Translations under genes and position numbers: made by a program
Assembly: GCA_965246715.1 (NCBI GenBank)
Contig: CBDFFH010000005.1
Location: 96,001-160,000 of the forward strand
Length of the DNA: 64,000 nt
From: Chamaesiphon sp.
GTDB taxonomy: Bacteria > Cyanobacteriota > Cyanobacteriia > Cyanobacteriales > Chamaesiphonaceae
Direction: 5' to 3'
In this document: in pieces, positions 49,627 through 59,881 of the stretch
Position numbering within the stretch: position 1 is the first letter of the stretch
How the letters are laid out: every line of letters begins with the position of its first letter
The notes under the pieces: generated by a model
The model's input: only the letters and a program-made list of their open reading frames with translations
Database searches by the model: none
Told to the model about the DNA's origin: nothing

Positions 49627-52038
49627 TTAAAACATCGAGATCCGATCGAGCATCTGTAAAATCTGCTGGTAAGTTTTGCTGTCGCCACGATCGAGATAGA
49701 GATTGGCAGCTTTATGATAATCGGCGATTGCTCCAGCACGATCTCCCACTTGCAGATTGACTTTACCGCGTTGGTAATAAGCAGGAGCGTAATTGGAATC
49801 GAGCGTTAAGCTATAACTAAAATCTGCCGCTGCGCCCGCTAAATCGCCTACAATCTGACGAACGATGCCGCGTTGATAATAGGCATTGAGATAACTCGGC
49901 TGTAAATAGATCGTTTGTTGATAATCAGTTAGCGCGAAGTCATTTTCGCCGAGACTTGCCAAAATCAAACCCCGTTGATAATAAGCCAGGGCAAAGGTCG
50001 GTTTTAATTCGATCGCCACATCGAGATCTTCGATTGCCCCCTGAATATCGTCGATTTCGCTCCGAGTCACCGCGCGATTGTAGTGAGCGTTGATGTGGTT
50101 GGGATCGAAGCGGATCGTCTGGGTAAAATCGGCGATCGCACCACGCTTATCACCGAGATATTGACGCGCATTTCCGCGATGGTAATACGCATAGTAGTAT
50201 TGCGGATCGATGGCTAGGGTCTGGGTGTAATCATCGATCGCAGCTTGATGATTGCCGAGTTGGCGATGACAGATGCCCCGATTGTAATAGGCAATCAGTA
50301 ACGTCGGATCGAGACTAATCGCAAGATCGTAGTCTGCTAACGCTGCCACCAGCTCGCCTTGAATGCGATGGATATTCCCGCGATTGCTGTAGGCAACGGC
50401 GAAGTTGGGATCGAACTCGATCGATTTGCTATAGTCGGCTACGGCGGCGGCGTAATCACCCATTTGACAGTAAGCATTTGCCCGATTGTTGTAGACGCTG
50501 GTAAAATTTGGCTGAAGTACGAGCGCCTGAGTATAGTCGGCGATCGCTTCATCATATCTAGCTAGATGACTATAAACGATCGCCCGATTATTGTAGGCGA
50601 TCGGCGAGCGTGGGTCGATTGCCAGCACTGTGTTAAAATCAACGATCGCCCCATCCAGATCGCCTAAATATTGCCGCAAGTTGCCACGATTATTATAAGC
50701 AACTACCAGGCGGGGATTGAGCGCGATCGCTGTAGTATAGTCGGCAATCGCTCCATCCGAGTCATTCAACTGTGCTTTGGCAGTACCGAGCATCACGTAA
50801 TCGATCGGCGTTTGCGGACGAGCGAGTAATTCTTTGCCGCGCTCGAAATCAGCAGTTGCCGACACCTCCAAATTCTGACCGAAGCGAGTCGATAGCGCAC
50901 GTCCGATATACGCAATTCCCCGCTGGGGATCGAGGTCGATCGCCGCATTAAAATCACTCCACGAGCCTTGATAATCACCGATATAGCGCCGCGCATTCCC
51001 GCGACCGCAATAGGCATCGACACACTGCGGAGCGACGGATAAAGCCCGATCGTAAGCCTCGAGCGCTTGGAGGCAATCGCCAGTTTCATAAAATCCATCG
51101 CCGCGATCGACTAGCATTCGGATATGTTTGGCAATCTCAGCTTGACTGTGAGTTGGCTGTTGCTGTTGCGTTAGGAGCTTGGACATTACCATCACAACTG
51201 CTTGTAACGCAACAGCAATCGAGGGATAGGCACCTGTCGTCTCTGGATGCATTGCGCCATCGCGCTCGTCAAAAGTAAAAGTCAGTCGTTCGAGAATTGC
51301 GATTAATTCAGGATGATGGATATTCGTCGCGCTCTGTGGCCATTGCGCTTTCTGGTTGGCTGTTAATGGTAAATCGGTGGCATTGAGTCCGCTAGCCGCT
51401 GCGATCGCAATTTCCCCGATCGCGCGTAAGTCCCTTTGAGTTGGCGGTATGCCATCTGTAGAGTATTGTGGCAAAGCGGTGGCGAGCGGTAAATTAATCA
51501 TTACTAATTTCCGATCGACGTTCCGCCGCAGGAGTCGATCGATCGAGATCGGCTCGGGGATGATTTCGCAACTGTCGATTTGTTGCAAGATCTCTAACAG
51601 ATCGATGAGTAACATTACCAGCCGCGATTCCGTCCACGGTTGCTCTGGTACCAATTCTTGCGCGAGGGGAACGCCCCGGATAAATTCTCGCACGAGGTAA
51701 AACGCCTCGTCCTCAACGAAATAGCCATATACAGTCGGCAATCGATCGACTCGATCGTGCATTCGATCGAGCATTTGCGCGGACAGTAGCGTGCGATCCC
51801 AGCGATCGCTTGTGATTGGGACATCTGGAAGTTCGTAGCGGTGAACGACGCACTTGAGTTGGAGGTTGCCAGGAACTTGTAAATCGACAGCCAAATAGGT
51901 TGTGACTGCACCCTTACTGCCTAGTTGCTCCAGGATCTGATAACGTTTTTGAAGAGTAGATCCGATCGGATTCACTGTACTCACGCTCCTACCACTCACT
52001 TGCAAATTATCCAAAGTTCGCTGTCCGCTTGATACCAC
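49627..52038 (-). CDS. Pseudokinase-TPR protein
   Basis: Ser/Thr kinase-like N-terminus (RYQI...LG, TYLA.D, FYLV.EFI.G) with eroded HRD/DFG; a long run of 34-aa TPRs follows. Confidence 0.8.
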   Translation of the reverse strand: MVSSGQRTLDNLQVSGRSVSTVNPIGSTLQKRYQILEQLGSKGAVTTYLAVDLQVPGNLQLKCVVHRYELPDVPITSDRWDRTLLSAQMLDRMHDRVDRLPTVYGYFVEDEAFYLVREFIRGVPLAQELVPEQPWTESRLVMLLIDLLEILQQIDSCEIIPEPISIDRLLRRNVDRKLVMINLPLATALPQYSTDGIPPTQRDLRAIGEIAIAAASGLNATDLPLTANQKAQWPQSATNIHHPELIAILERLTFTFDERDGAMHPETTGAYPSIAVALQAVVMVMSKLLTQQQQPTHSQAEIAKHIRMLVDRGDGFYETGDCLQALEAYDRALSVAPQCVDAYCGRGNARRYIGDYQGSWSDFNAAIDLDPQRGIAYIGRALSTRFGQNLEVSATADFERGKELLARPQTPIDYVMLGTAKAQLNDSDGAIADYTTAIALNPRLVVAYNNRGNLRQYLGDLDGAIVDFNTVLAIDPRSPIAYNNRAIVYSHLARYDEAIADYTQALVLQPNFTSVYNNRANAYCQMGDYAAAVADYSKSIEFDPNFAVAYSNRGNIHRIQGELVAALADYDLAISLDPTLLIAYYNRGICHRQLGNHQAAIDDYTQTLAIDPQYYYAYYHRGNARQYLGDKRGAIADFTQTIRFDPNHINAHYNRAVTRSEIDDIQGAIEDLDVAIELKPTFALAYYQRGLILASLGENDFALTDYQQTIYLQPSYLNAYYQRGIVRQIVGDLAGAAADFSYSLTLDSNYAPAYYQRGKVNLQVGDRAGAIADYHKAANLYLDRGDSKTYQQILQMLDRISMF

Positions 52039-52319
52039 TCTTTCCTATTTTCACATATCGATCGAAAGATGACCTCTGTGGATTCTGCGATAAATAGGTA
52101 GCTAACTTGCGCTATTCCTGGCTTGACAACGGCGATCGGAATCATTTAGTGTAGCATCCGCCGATCGATCTGCGCCGAATTTGGGATAAATTAAGAGTAG
52201 TCAAGAATACTTCCGCTACTTGGATAAATCATGGGATTCACCCCGATGAATTTGCCGTCCAGACATGATGTGTACGAGATCGATTGAGAGTGTTGTATCC
52301 CAGATAATAGTTACGAGCG

Positions 52320-52347
52320 TCAATCCCCAATCCCCAATCCCCAATCC
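52320..52347. repeat. Heptamer tandem repeat (CCCCAAT)n, STRR-type
   Basis: caatccccaatccccaatccccaatcc. Confidence 0.7.
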
Positions 52348-52441
52348 TACCTATTTGTTAACACTCGTATCTGAAATATCGACCGAAATCGATCGAGCCT
52401 TCTACAATGGGTTGTATCCTCACACCTGGAAATAGTCGATC

Positions 52442-53095
52442 GTGGAAAATACACCCAACGTACCCATCGAGCATCAAAATGTCCCCGTCGCGCATCAGGG
52501 GTTGCATGAGTTCTTATATAGTGCGGCTGACGAGCATGGCACCACGTTGGCACCGCCGCAACTGGATTTGGATGGCGATAAGATTTTACCTATAGCCCAG
52601 TGGCAGGCACTGGCCGAAAATGCGCGTGTCGCTGGGGTATATGCGGTGCTAGACAGCACCAACCAGACGCAATATATTGGGTACTCCCGCAATGTATTGA
52701 CTTCCCTCAAAGGGCATCTCATCGCACATGGTAGCGATATTTGTGCGTATGTAAGAGTGCGCTCGTTTAAATTTCCCAAGCGGGAGGAGATGGAACAGCT
52801 GCGAGATAGTTGGATTGGGGCATTAGCAACCGTTCCGCCAGGAAATGCGATCGCGGGTGGCGAATGGGCGACTACTGTAGGTGAAATTGCCGAAGCGGCG
52901 ATGTCCCCAGCGGAACGAGCAGCTTATGAAGAGAAAAAGCTCAAACTCCGACGGGCGATGGCAGATAGTGCTTTGAGTCGAGAATTGGATGCTGCACACA
53001 TAACTGACGATCGCAAGCGCGAACATTTTGCAGCGGCGATGAATGAGGATAACTGGAGTGCTGTAATTGAAGGACAAACGGCTGAAACGATCTAA
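52442..53095 (+). CDS. GIY-YIG domain protein (conserved cyanobacterial type)
   Basis: 'GVYAVLD......QYIGYSRN...L..H', 'PPGN'. Confidence 0.8.
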   Translation: MENTPNVPIEHQNVPVAHQGLHEFLYSAADEHGTTLAPPQLDLDGDKILPIAQWQALAENARVAGVYAVLDSTNQTQYIGYSRNVLTSLKGHLIAHGSDICAYVRVRSFKFPKREEMEQLRDSWIGALATVPPGNAIAGGEWATTVGEIAEAAMSPAERAAYEEKKLKLRRAMADSALSRELDAAHITDDRKREHFAAAMNEDNWSAVIEGQTAETI

Positions 53096-53114
53096 GACTC
53101 GATCGAGTTAAATC

Positions 53115-56100
53115 TCACGCGAGCGTGCCCTCTGGGTCGATCGAAAAAGTACGAGCGACGTTCCGATCGGCTCCCAGAGCTTGTAAGGTTGACAGCTGTG
53201 CTGTATTTAATCCCTGCATTTTGTCGATCTGCATTCCTTCGTATGGACGGCGCGATTTCCATGTAGTCAGACATTTTGCAGCATCTAAATCCCATACCTT
53301 AATAGTCTCATCTAAGCTACCAGTAAATGCGATAAATTTGGGAGAATCTGTGCCTGGTAATCGAATACTACCAATATCTAAAGTGTAAATTAAGCCACTA
53401 TGCTCGGTCAAACTATGGAGACATTTACCAGTTTGAATATCCCATATTTTGAGAGATCGATCGACTCCTACACTGATAATAGATCGATCGTCATGGCTAA
53501 ATTTTGCGCTGATAATCGGTCCTCGATGTCCGAGAAATATTTGTAAACATTCCCCTGTTTCCACCGACCATAGCTTAATAGTTTCGTCATAGCTCGAACT
53601 TACTAGCCACTGACCATCACTACTAAAAGTAACCGACCAAACACTATTACTATGTTCGCCGATATCTCGGTAATACTCACCCGTTGACCCCTGGTCTGCC
53701 TTCTCTTCGAGACGCTTCGCGAACGGCAATCGAGGATTCCAGAGTTTAATAATACCTGCAAAATCACAACTTACCAACAGTTCGCCGTTAGGACTAAAAT
53801 TGGCATAAATTACCGGACTGTTATGTCCTTGCAGCGTATTCAAACATGCTCCAGTATCAACGTCCCAAATTTTGACTGTTTGGTCGTAACTAGTACTGGC
53901 TAATGTGCGACCGTCGGGACTAAAGAGCGTTCGCCATACCCAACTATTGTGACCTCGTAATGTTTTGAGGCAATTACCTACTTGCCAATCCCATAATTTG
54001 ATGGTGTAGTCAGCACTACCGCTGGCTAATAACCGACCGTCAGGACTGAAATTAACCGACCAGACTCGATTGGTATGTTCGCGCAAAGTTTGGACGACCT
54101 TTTCTCGATCGATACTCCAGATTCTAATCGTAGTATCTTCACTACCACTGGCTAAATAACTCCCATCGGGACTCAATTTGACGGATAAAATTGCATTAGT
54201 ATGTCCGACGATCGTTTTAATACAGCGTTCCCGTTCTAAATCCCAAATTTTAGTATGATTGTCATCGCCACCGCTAGCAACTTGGGTGCCATTAGGATGA
54301 AAAGCAACAGTCCAAATCCGATTACGATGTCCGAGGAGGGTTTTTACACATTTGCCACTATTAGTATCCCAAAGTTTGATTGTTTTATCGAAACTACTGC
54401 TAACTAATTGTTGCCCATCTGGACTAAACGCGATCGCACTGACGGGTTGCTGATGTCCGGTTAATGTGTGAAGACAAATCCCCGACTTCGCACAGATCCC
54501 CGACTTCTCGAAGAAGTCGGGGATCTTGGGGATTTCGCCAACATTCCAGATTTTAATCGATCGATCGTAACTAGCCGTAGCAATCGCTCGACCGTCGGGG
54601 CTAAAGGCTACAGAACGCACCCAAGCTGTATGGGCTTCCCACTTAGTCACACATTCACTCGTCGCCAGATCCCACAGTCGCACAGTCAGATCTTCGCCAC
54701 CACTCACTAGAGTACGACCATTAGGACTAAACGCGATCGACCAGACCCGACCATTATGTCCTACTAAAGTCTGAATTTCGGGACTTAAATTACCTGGAAA
54801 CGTCCGCCAGAGGCGAATCGTACCATCTTGAGCGGAACTGGCGATAATTTGCCCGTCGGGACTAAAGATGACTGCATTCACCGAAAAGGTGTGTCCGATA
54901 TATGTCTGCAAACATTCACCCGTCTCGACCTCCCACAACTTCACCTGATGGTCGTCGCTAGCACTGGCGAGGTATTTGCCGTCGGGACTAAACACCACCG
55001 TCCAAGTCCAGTGTTGATGCCCTTGACAAGTAGCGATTTTTGTGAATGTATGAGCATTCCAAATCTGAATATCGCCTTTGGTATCGCTAGTCGCAAAATA
55101 TTCGCCGGCGGGACTAAACGCAATCCCGACGACACCGCCAAAGGTTTCGGCAAAAACAGTTTGACTGATGTGGCTCCCAGTAAAATCGACATCATGTAAG
55201 GTCGCATTCAAGAGGTAAGCTTGACGAATCGCGAGGTGCGAAAAATCAAAGCCTTGGAGATCGGTTTTGAGGTGACAAAATAAATTGAGCAGATTTCCCG
55301 CTGCATAACCACCGATCTTGTCGGTTTGGTGACGTAAGGTAGTCAGGATTTTGCGAAGATGCAGTTCGAGGTGCGATCGATCGGTAAAATGCGTTAACAA
55401 TCGATCGACTAACGGCTGTAAAGTTAGTTGAATTTGAGCATCGCGGAGATAATCTTTAGTTTGCGCTTCGATGAGAGCATGGGTTCTAAATAGCTCCAAT
55501 TCTCCTCTAATAATTTCTCGCTCGATGCGATCGATAAACCTGTTGGTGACATATTCCATGATGACAGGTTGTTGAGTCAAACCACACTCGGTAGTTTCAA
55601 TTAACGATCGATCTCGAAGTGTTTCTAGTGCTGCGAATAAGATCGGTAGCGTAACTGCGGGAATTAATGCTGCTTGCAATCTAGCTGGAGTCACACCTTC
55701 CCGATCGATCGCCAGCCAGTACATCACCTGTTGTTGCAGGACTGATAATCGATCGAACTGTCGATCGATTAACTCCCAAAGATTGCCAAATACAACCGTA
55801 CCTTGGGCTAAAAATGCCTGAACGTCGCCATTGAAAAGATTTTGAATACTTGTTGCTACTAAATTGAGAGCTAAGGGATTACCGTAAACGTAATTAATTA
55901 GATTGTGCTGCTCGATGAGTGGTGCGGTGATGCCTTTATCGACGAGCAAATATTGGGCTGCGGTAATATCGAGTCCAGTCAATTGCAGCGATCTAACTGG
56001 TAGATTAACTCCTTCCCGTAGGCTCATGCCGCTGGGTTTTTCCCTGCTGGTAATCACCATACAACTCTGATGATTTTCATCACTAACCCGCCCAAAAATT

Positions 56101-56774
56101 TCGCCATAGGCTTCATACCCTGTCAGGTAGCAGCCATTTTGAGTTCCAGCTTGCAAAATCGACTCGACATTATCGAAGACCAGTAAACAGCGTTTGTGGC
56201 GCAATTGCTGCATCAGTAATCCGATCGAACCTTCCTGCACATCAGAACCAATCAAAATCGGTAAGATTTGATTTAACAAATCCTGCGGATCGATCGCTTG
56301 TCGCAAACTTCGCCACACTACACATTCAAACTCAGACTCTAACTGTCGAGCCAGTTTCACCGAGAGCGCGGTTTTACCAATTCCACCCCAACCAAAAATC
56401 CCTACCACCCGACAACGACTATCGACAATCCATTGTTCGAGCGTTTCTAACTCACTCACTCTCCCATAAAAGCGGGAAACATCAATTGCTTCTCCCCAAT
56501 TCGTCGTCGCCAAGCAGGTGCGATAACCCTGGAGGATCGCACAGATATTCCCTTTGGAAACTTTTTCCCCAACTATCTGCGAGAGCAATCGCCACAAATG
56601 CGATGCAACTTGTTTGATGTATTCGGGATCGTAACCCAATGCTCTCCCGATTTCCTGATAGGAATCGCGTCTCCAGACTTTCGAGACGATCTCGGCTTGC
56701 AGTGTATTGAGCGATCCGCGTTGATGTTGTTCGAGCAATCGATCGATGATTCTGAGAGCTTCTTGTCCAGTCAT
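53115..56774 (-). CDS. STAND protein: N-terminal HTH, NB-ARC, WD40 repeats
   Basis: 'SYQEIG..LGY...YIK......LW..LS...GEKV.K' HTH; GWGGIGKT; LLVFDN; ITSRE; about 14 WD40 repeats; RPYEGM tail. Confidence 0.9.
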   Translation of the reverse strand: MTGQEALRIIDRLLEQHQRGSLNTLQAEIVSKVWRRDSYQEIGRALGYDPEYIKQVASHLWRLLSQIVGEKVSKGNICAILQGYRTCLATTNWGEAIDVSRFYGRVSELETLEQWIVDSRCRVVGIFGWGGIGKTALSVKLARQLESEFECVVWRSLRQAIDPQDLLNQILPILIGSDVQEGSIGLLMQQLRHKRCLLVFDNVESILQAGTQNGCYLTGYEAYGEIFGRVSDENHQSCMVITSREKPSGMSLREGVNLPVRSLQLTGLDITAAQYLLVDKGITAPLIEQHNLINYVYGNPLALNLVATSIQNLFNGDVQAFLAQGTVVFGNLWELIDRQFDRLSVLQQQVMYWLAIDREGVTPARLQAALIPAVTLPILFAALETLRDRSLIETTECGLTQQPVIMEYVTNRFIDRIEREIIRGELELFRTHALIEAQTKDYLRDAQIQLTLQPLVDRLLTHFTDRSHLELHLRKILTTLRHQTDKIGGYAAGNLLNLFCHLKTDLQGFDFSHLAIRQAYLLNATLHDVDFTGSHISQTVFAETFGGVVGIAFSPAGEYFATSDTKGDIQIWNAHTFTKIATCQGHQHWTWTVVFSPDGKYLASASDDHQVKLWEVETGECLQTYIGHTFSVNAVIFSPDGQIIASSAQDGTIRLWRTFPGNLSPEIQTLVGHNGRVWSIAFSPNGRTLVSGGEDLTVRLWDLATSECVTKWEAHTAWVRSVAFSPDGRAIATASYDRSIKIWNVGEIPKIPDFFEKSGICAKSGICLHTLTGHQQPVSAIAFSPDGQQLVSSSFDKTIKLWDTNSGKCVKTLLGHRNRIWTVAFHPNGTQVASGGDDNHTKIWDLERERCIKTIVGHTNAILSVKLSPDGSYLASGSEDTTIRIWSIDREKVVQTLREHTNRVWSVNFSPDGRLLASGSADYTIKLWDWQVGNCLKTLRGHNSWVWRTLFSPDGRTLASTSYDQTVKIWDVDTGACLNTLQGHNSPVIYANFSPNGELLVSCDFAGIIKLWNPRLPFAKRLEEKADQGSTGEYYRDIGEHSNSVWSVTFSSDGQWLVSSSYDETIKLWSVETGECLQIFLGHRGPIISAKFSHDDRSIISVGVDRSLKIWDIQTGKCLHSLTEHSGLIYTLDIGSIRLPGTDSPKFIAFTGSLDETIKVWDLDAAKCLTTWKSRRPYEGMQIDKMQGLNTAQLSTLQALGADRNVARTFSIDPEGTLA

Positions 56775-56895
56775 TTAGGGGCGATCGCTGCTAGATCGAT
56801 CGTGAACTAGAAATAGTATATCTAGATTCGACACTGCAACTTGTAAGTCATGTTACGGAACTTTACATTACTTTACATCGATCGAGGATAACTAC

Positions 56896-56947
56896 TTACT
56901 TTTAGTTACTTTTTCTTACTGACGACTCGATCGATCGAGGTTAGATT
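56896..56947 (+). promoter_or_regulatory. Promoter with a triple 10-bp direct repeat overlapping the -35 (copy 1)
   Basis: TTACTTTTAG TTACTTTTTC TTACTGACG, 17-nt spacer, TAGATT. Confidence 0.6.
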
Positions 56948-57059
56948 TGAATTCAATCATATTTTTAAGCATAGCGAAAAATCCTAGATAAATAAGATTA
57001 TGGGACTAAAGCAAAAATAAATTAAATTAAGTACATTTTATGATTGGTAAAGAAAATCA

Positions 57060-57692
57060 GTGGATTTCATAAAAGTTGCAACTTCTGTAGAAGACAAGAT
57101 TATTTATACATACCAAGAGTTCCGTATATTTAAGATTACAGCAAATAGTAAGCGTTTCAGAGATGTTGTAGATCTTCGTCAAGAACATTCTGATGATACT
57201 TTTGATTTGCATGACAACAAAGCTAAAATCTATGTAATGTATCAAGGTGAGTTGTCTATTGGGACAATTAGAGTGATTGAATTACTTAATAGTAGTTTGG
57301 ATTTCGAGACAGCTTTACCTTTTATAATTAAGGAAAATCTTAGGCAGTTTATTTGTTCTGCTTCTCGACTAGCTATTACCAAGAGGACAAACATACCTAA
57401 ATCAGTTACAAATGTTTTAATTATGACGGTTGCGGAAGATCAATTTCACCAAGGAGTTCGCTTTGACTTAATTCTTTGTCGTTGTAAATTAATAAATTAT
57501 TACAAGAGAATTGGACATAAATTACTTGAATATCCCCCAATTATTCATCCACGAACAGGCACAATTTGTTACTTAATGCTGTGGACGCTAACTGATAGGC
57601 ATACGAGGCTCACTAATCAGTATCTTGCACATCTTTCAGTAAAATTAGAAACTGAGGCTTCTACTTTTTTAGAATTAGTTCAATACAATTAG
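57060..57692 (+). CDS. GNAT-fold acyl-synthase-like protein (LuxI/FeeM-like)
   Basis: 'DLR', 'DTFD', 'IGTIRV', 'SRLAI', 'YYKRIG' pattern. Confidence 0.55.
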   Translation: MDFIKVATSVEDKIIYTYQEFRIFKITANSKRFRDVVDLRQEHSDDTFDLHDNKAKIYVMYQGELSIGTIRVIELLNSSLDFETALPFIIKENLRQFICSASRLAITKRTNIPKSVTNVLIMTVAEDQFHQGVRFDLILCRCKLINYYKRIGHKLLEYPPIIHPRTGTICYLMLWTLTDRHTRLTNQYLAHLSVKLETEASTFLELVQYN

Positions 57693-57693
57693 A

Positions 57694-58356
57694 TTGCAAT
57701 ATTATCACAGGAAATACAAAGTGCAAGAAATAATTAAGTCTGTCAAAAATGCTCAAGAAATTTTCTGTCAGAAATTATATTCTATTGATAAAAATAAAGG
57801 ATTAACGCTGGAACAGTATGTTCGTTATTTATCAATGCAATATCACTTGACTCGCAATGTTCAAAAGCACTTCTTTTTAGTTGCCAGCCACTCTAGTCTA
57901 ATGAATAAACCCAAACTTCGGGAATTTCTTATTGCGTTTGGTCTAGAAGAAGAACCTCATTATAGAATCGCGCAAAGAGATTTAGAGTATTTAGAACAGC
58001 AACTTTTACCTGCATCTCTAGATGTTAAGCTTTGGTGGGCATATTTTGACTCCATTATTGAGTCACGTCCGTTAGTTCGATTAGGAGCTACCTGTATTCT
58101 CGAAAATCTTGGTTCTGGAGCAAGTCATATCATCAAGCCACTGCTACTAAATTCAAAATTTATCACCGATCGAACTTCTCGTTTTGTTCAAATTCACCTA
58201 CATGAGGAGTTACCGCATGGATATCAAGTTATTAATGCATTACAAAAAGCTGAACTAAGTTCAGAAATGTTGATAGATCTAAAAGAAGGATCTGAAATAG
58301 GTACAATTTTATATTTGCGGATGTTTGACTGGGTTCTAGGAACAGAAGTTTTGTAG
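57694..58356 (+). CDS. Heme-oxygenase-like diiron oxidase (iron-containing redox enzyme)
   Basis: 'Q.YH', 'EEEPH...A..DL', 'LE', 'H..EELPH' ligand pattern. Confidence 0.65.
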   Translation: MQYYHRKYKVQEIIKSVKNAQEIFCQKLYSIDKNKGLTLEQYVRYLSMQYHLTRNVQKHFFLVASHSSLMNKPKLREFLIAFGLEEEPHYRIAQRDLEYLEQQLLPASLDVKLWWAYFDSIIESRPLVRLGATCILENLGSGASHIIKPLLLNSKFITDRTSRFVQIHLHEELPHGYQVINALQKAELSSEMLIDLKEGSEIGTILYLRMFDWVLGTEVL

Positions 58357-58553
58357 AGTGGGCAAGTGACCACCAGCTAGGTTTCAGACATAACCTATAC
58401 TTTAAATCCTCGATCGATCGCCGACTGGATAATTTAATTTGGTGAGATTGGGATCTCGATCGAGTGAATCTAGACAGTAGAGCGAGATTCTCGATCGATG
58501 ACACTGGATGTTCGATCGCTTCACATTACTTTACAGCTTGCAAAAAATATTAG

Positions 58554-58605
58554 TCACTTTTAGATACTTTTTCTTACTGACAGATCGAGAGAGCGAGGCT
58601 ACAGT
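58554..58605 (+). promoter_or_regulatory. Same promoter motif (copy 2)
   Basis: TCACTTTTAG ATACTTTTTC TTACTGACA, 17-nt spacer, TACAGT. Confidence 0.6.
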
Positions 58606-58764
58606 GAAGTTGCAACACATCGATCGGGATGCTTAAACAATTCAGCTAAGTAAGAGTAAACAATGAAAATAATTGAACTCGATCGAGACAGTCGCAGTGT
58701 TAATACTTTCGGTTATAAATTAAAATTCAAGCCGATCTTTATTCGTCAAAAATAATAAAATAAA

Positions 58765-59820
58765 ATGCTACAATCAACTAAAAAAATGGCACCAACAGAA
58801 ATATCTAAATTTAATCTCAAAGTAGATAAAGATTTCGATAGTTCGATCTCCAGACAATTAGCAGAATTAATTCAGCAATCATACTTACAATTTGACAAAG
58901 CACAATTGCTCCAGCAAAATGTAACTATTACACCTTGGAAAATTACTGGAGATTATGAACATGTAGCTGACTTAGGAACAAATAAAAATCCATTTGGATT
59001 CATCGCAAAAGACAATCAAAACAACAATATATATATTATCTTTAGAGGAACTAAAAAGATTGTTGAATGGTTTAAGGATGCCAATATTCAGCCTGTTTCC
59101 TATGCATGTGGCATGAATGAAAATGGAAAAGTTAATATAAGCTGGCAAATTCTAGAAGATTCGATCGATTTCGCAAATGACACTTCTACAAATATTGATA
59201 GAATATCAGATGATTTTGGTCTTGTCATTGCGGGTTTTAGAGGAATTTATGTGAGTTTGCGTCAACAGTTAATTTCTGCTCTTCAAACTCTAGATGTCGA
59301 TCGAGTCTCTCAGATTTATGTAACAGGTCACAGTTTAGGTGGAGCTTTAGCAACTTTAGCAATTCCAGATATTCTAATCAATACTCAATTCAAAAATCAT
59401 CAGCAAATCACTCTTTATACTTTTGCGAGTCCACGCTGTGGAGATAATAAATTTGCAGCCAATTTTGAAAAAACAGGCGTAAAACATTGGCGAATTGCTA
59501 ATACTGAAGATTTTGTCACGACAGTTCCTTTTCCCACCGGAAATGTTTTTCAACCCGCAGATCCAAATACACCTCCAGAGAAAGAACTTGGGATAGGTGG
59601 TGTCACTGGTGTAGATGCTAACCCTAATCCAATTTATGGATTTTTCAAGGCTATTTTCGATCGCAAAAAAAGAAGAATGCCTAACTATGTTCATACCGGA
59701 ACTCCAATTTATTTTACAATTTATGATGGCGCACTCGAAAGGCATCATAATTTAGAAGAAGTTTACATGCTGGGAATATCTGTAGAACCTTTAGAGCCTA
59801 GAGATCCAAGAAATCCCTAG
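58765..59820 (+). CDS. Class 3 lipase
   Basis: IFRGT..EW..D, VTGHSLGGALA, YTFASPR.G, D.V..VP, H. Confidence 0.9.
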   Translation: MLQSTKKMAPTEISKFNLKVDKDFDSSISRQLAELIQQSYLQFDKAQLLQQNVTITPWKITGDYEHVADLGTNKNPFGFIAKDNQNNNIYIIFRGTKKIVEWFKDANIQPVSYACGMNENGKVNISWQILEDSIDFANDTSTNIDRISDDFGLVIAGFRGIYVSLRQQLISALQTLDVDRVSQIYVTGHSLGGALATLAIPDILINTQFKNHQQITLYTFASPRCGDNKFAANFEKTGVKHWRIANTEDFVTTVPFPTGNVFQPADPNTPPEKELGIGGVTGVDANPNPIYGFFKAIFDRKKRRMPNYVHTGTPIYFTIYDGALERHHNLEEVYMLGISVEPLEPRDPRNP

Positions 59821-59825
59821 AGGCT

Positions 59826-59858
59826 AGATCCCCGACTTCTTCAAGAAGTCAGGGTTCT
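59826..59858. repeat. 33-bp palindromic repeat; another copy lies in-frame at 54494-54526
   Basis: agatccccgacttct-tca-agaagtcagggttct. Confidence 0.7.
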
Positions 59859-59881
59859 GTCCCCATAACCTTATAGAATAC

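Noticed and set aside
58663..58755. 30-codon ORF between promoter copy 2 and the lipase
   Set aside because: It could be a leader peptide, but it is too short to support without conservation data.
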